Assembly (NCBI GenBank): GCA_016183885.1
Contig: JACPDS010000149.1
Span: 1-26,909 of the forward strand
Reading direction: 5' to 3'
Source: Armatimonadota bacterium
GTDB taxonomy: Bacteria; Vulcanimicrobiota; JACPDS01
DNA: 26,909 nt
Part shown: positions 25,851-26,909 of the stretch, piece after piece
How the letters are laid out: every line of letters starts with the position of its first letter
Numbering within the stretch: position 1 is the first letter of the stretch
The notes under the pieces: generated by a model
What the model saw: the letters and a program-made list of their open reading frames with translations, nothing else
Database searches by the model: none
What the model was told of the DNA's origin: nothing
Program-made: the position numbers and the translations under genes

Positions 25851-26846
25851 CTATTGACTTTTAATTAATTGCTTAATTTCTTCCCATAATTTTTCATTTA
25901 TATTTAATAACTCGCTTCTCTTTAAATTTAGATGAGGCACGCCCCAGGGATACCATTGACTTCTACATTTTTCATAATTTTCATCTTGATAAACACAAAC
26001 TACCGGTATCCCAACGGCTGAAGCTACATGCGTAGCTCCCGTATCCATAGTAAAAAAAAGGGCGCATTTTTTAATTAAACTTGCCCAAGTTTTTAAAAAA
26101 AGACCGCCAATTATAAATACTTCTTTTAAATTTAAATCACCTTCTAAATTTTTAGCTAATTCCATTTCAGCTTCTCCATAAGTAATTACAATAGGTAATT
26201 TAAATTTATTCTGGATTTTATTAATCAAATTTTTAAAATCAATTATTTTAAAATCTTTATAAAGCCATTTATTGGATAAATGAAGGCCGATTATCGGAAG
26301 CTTAATTCTTTTTTCTAAGAATATTTTTTCAACAAACTTAAGATCATTTTCTTCCAGGGGTAAAAATCATACTTGAGCATTTATTTTCCAATTAAAATAT
26401 TTAGCTATAGATAAAATTTGTTCTACTTCATGGGGTATATTCTCTTTCCTTTTTAAAGTTTCTTCTATATATAAAATTAACGGATGAGTAAAAAAAATTT
26501 TAGCGAATATTTGATTAAAAAGCCTTTGAGAGTAAATTATCCCTGTTCTAATTTTTGCTCCGCTCAAATAAGCTAAAAGATAAGCTTTAAAAACAGGAGA
26601 AAGAACAATTACAAGATCGAATTTTCCCGTTTTTATTTTTTTGCTTGAATTAATAAAAGAATCAAAAATTAAGATTTCATCCAAGGCAGGATTTCCTACG
26701 ACTATTTCTTTGGTGTAAGAATTTACTAAAATTGAGATATGACTTTCAGGGAAATTTTCTCTTACAACCTTTATAAAAGGGGTAGAACAAATTAAATCGC
26801 CTATTTGGTCGATTCTTATAATTAAAATTTTATTTATTTTCTTCAA
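25851..26846 (-). pseudogene. Glycosyltransferase family 9 (heptosyltransferase-like) with one in-frame TGA
   Basis: RIDQIGDLI at the N-terminus and DTGATHVASAVG at the C-terminus; the two ORF-track pieces are in the same frame, joined by TGA (26369-26367) and 46 sense codons; 331 codons in total. Confidence 0.88.
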
Positions 26847-26909
26847 ATAAAGCCTCTTTTACTACATTTAAATAATGATATTGAAGAATAATTTCTTTAA
26901 ATAAATTAA
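26830..26909 (-). CDS. Possible 3' end of an upstream gene truncated by the window edge
   Basis: Open frame ...NLFKEIILQYHYLNVVKEALFEENK* whose stop overlaps the GT9 start; only 25 codons visible. Confidence 0.3.
   Translation of the reverse strand, partial: NLFKEIILQYHYLNVVKEALFEENK

Noticed and set aside
26300-26369. Selenocysteine or genetic-code reassignment of the GT9 TGA
   Set aside because: No SECIS-like hairpin downstream, GT9 has no catalytic Cys at this position, and TGA terminates the antitoxin gene.

Overview
AT-rich bacterial chromosomal window with all but one gene on the minus strand. In minus-strand order: GT9 heptosyltransferase-like gene (one in-frame TGA), archaeal-type aspS, a 240-aa hypothetical, glcD, glcF (deletion plus frameshift), murI, a lone plus-strand S8 protease, nfeD with a short nfeD paralog and an SPFH gene, ilvE, an RHH-antitoxin/MazF pair, tRNA-Pro(CGG), DUF1003, DUF2207, ahcY, metK, a PIG-L deacetylase, a tRNA nucleotidyltransferase that looks CC-adding, a Ser/Thr kinase-Zn ribbon-TPR protein and priA. 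The most unusual signals are non-coding. (1) A family of GC-rich CCCGA...TCGGG palindromes, including a GTAG-headed REP doublet with a compensatory base change and a 54-nt double-hairpin insert exactly in the T-loop of an orphan tRNA-Pro 3' half. (2) Heptamer-periodic inverted elements sitting just upstream of ribosome-binding sites. (3) A shared TGTGA-N5-TCACA palindrome about 30 nt upstream of ahcY and aspS. All calls are by eye from motifs; no database search was run.
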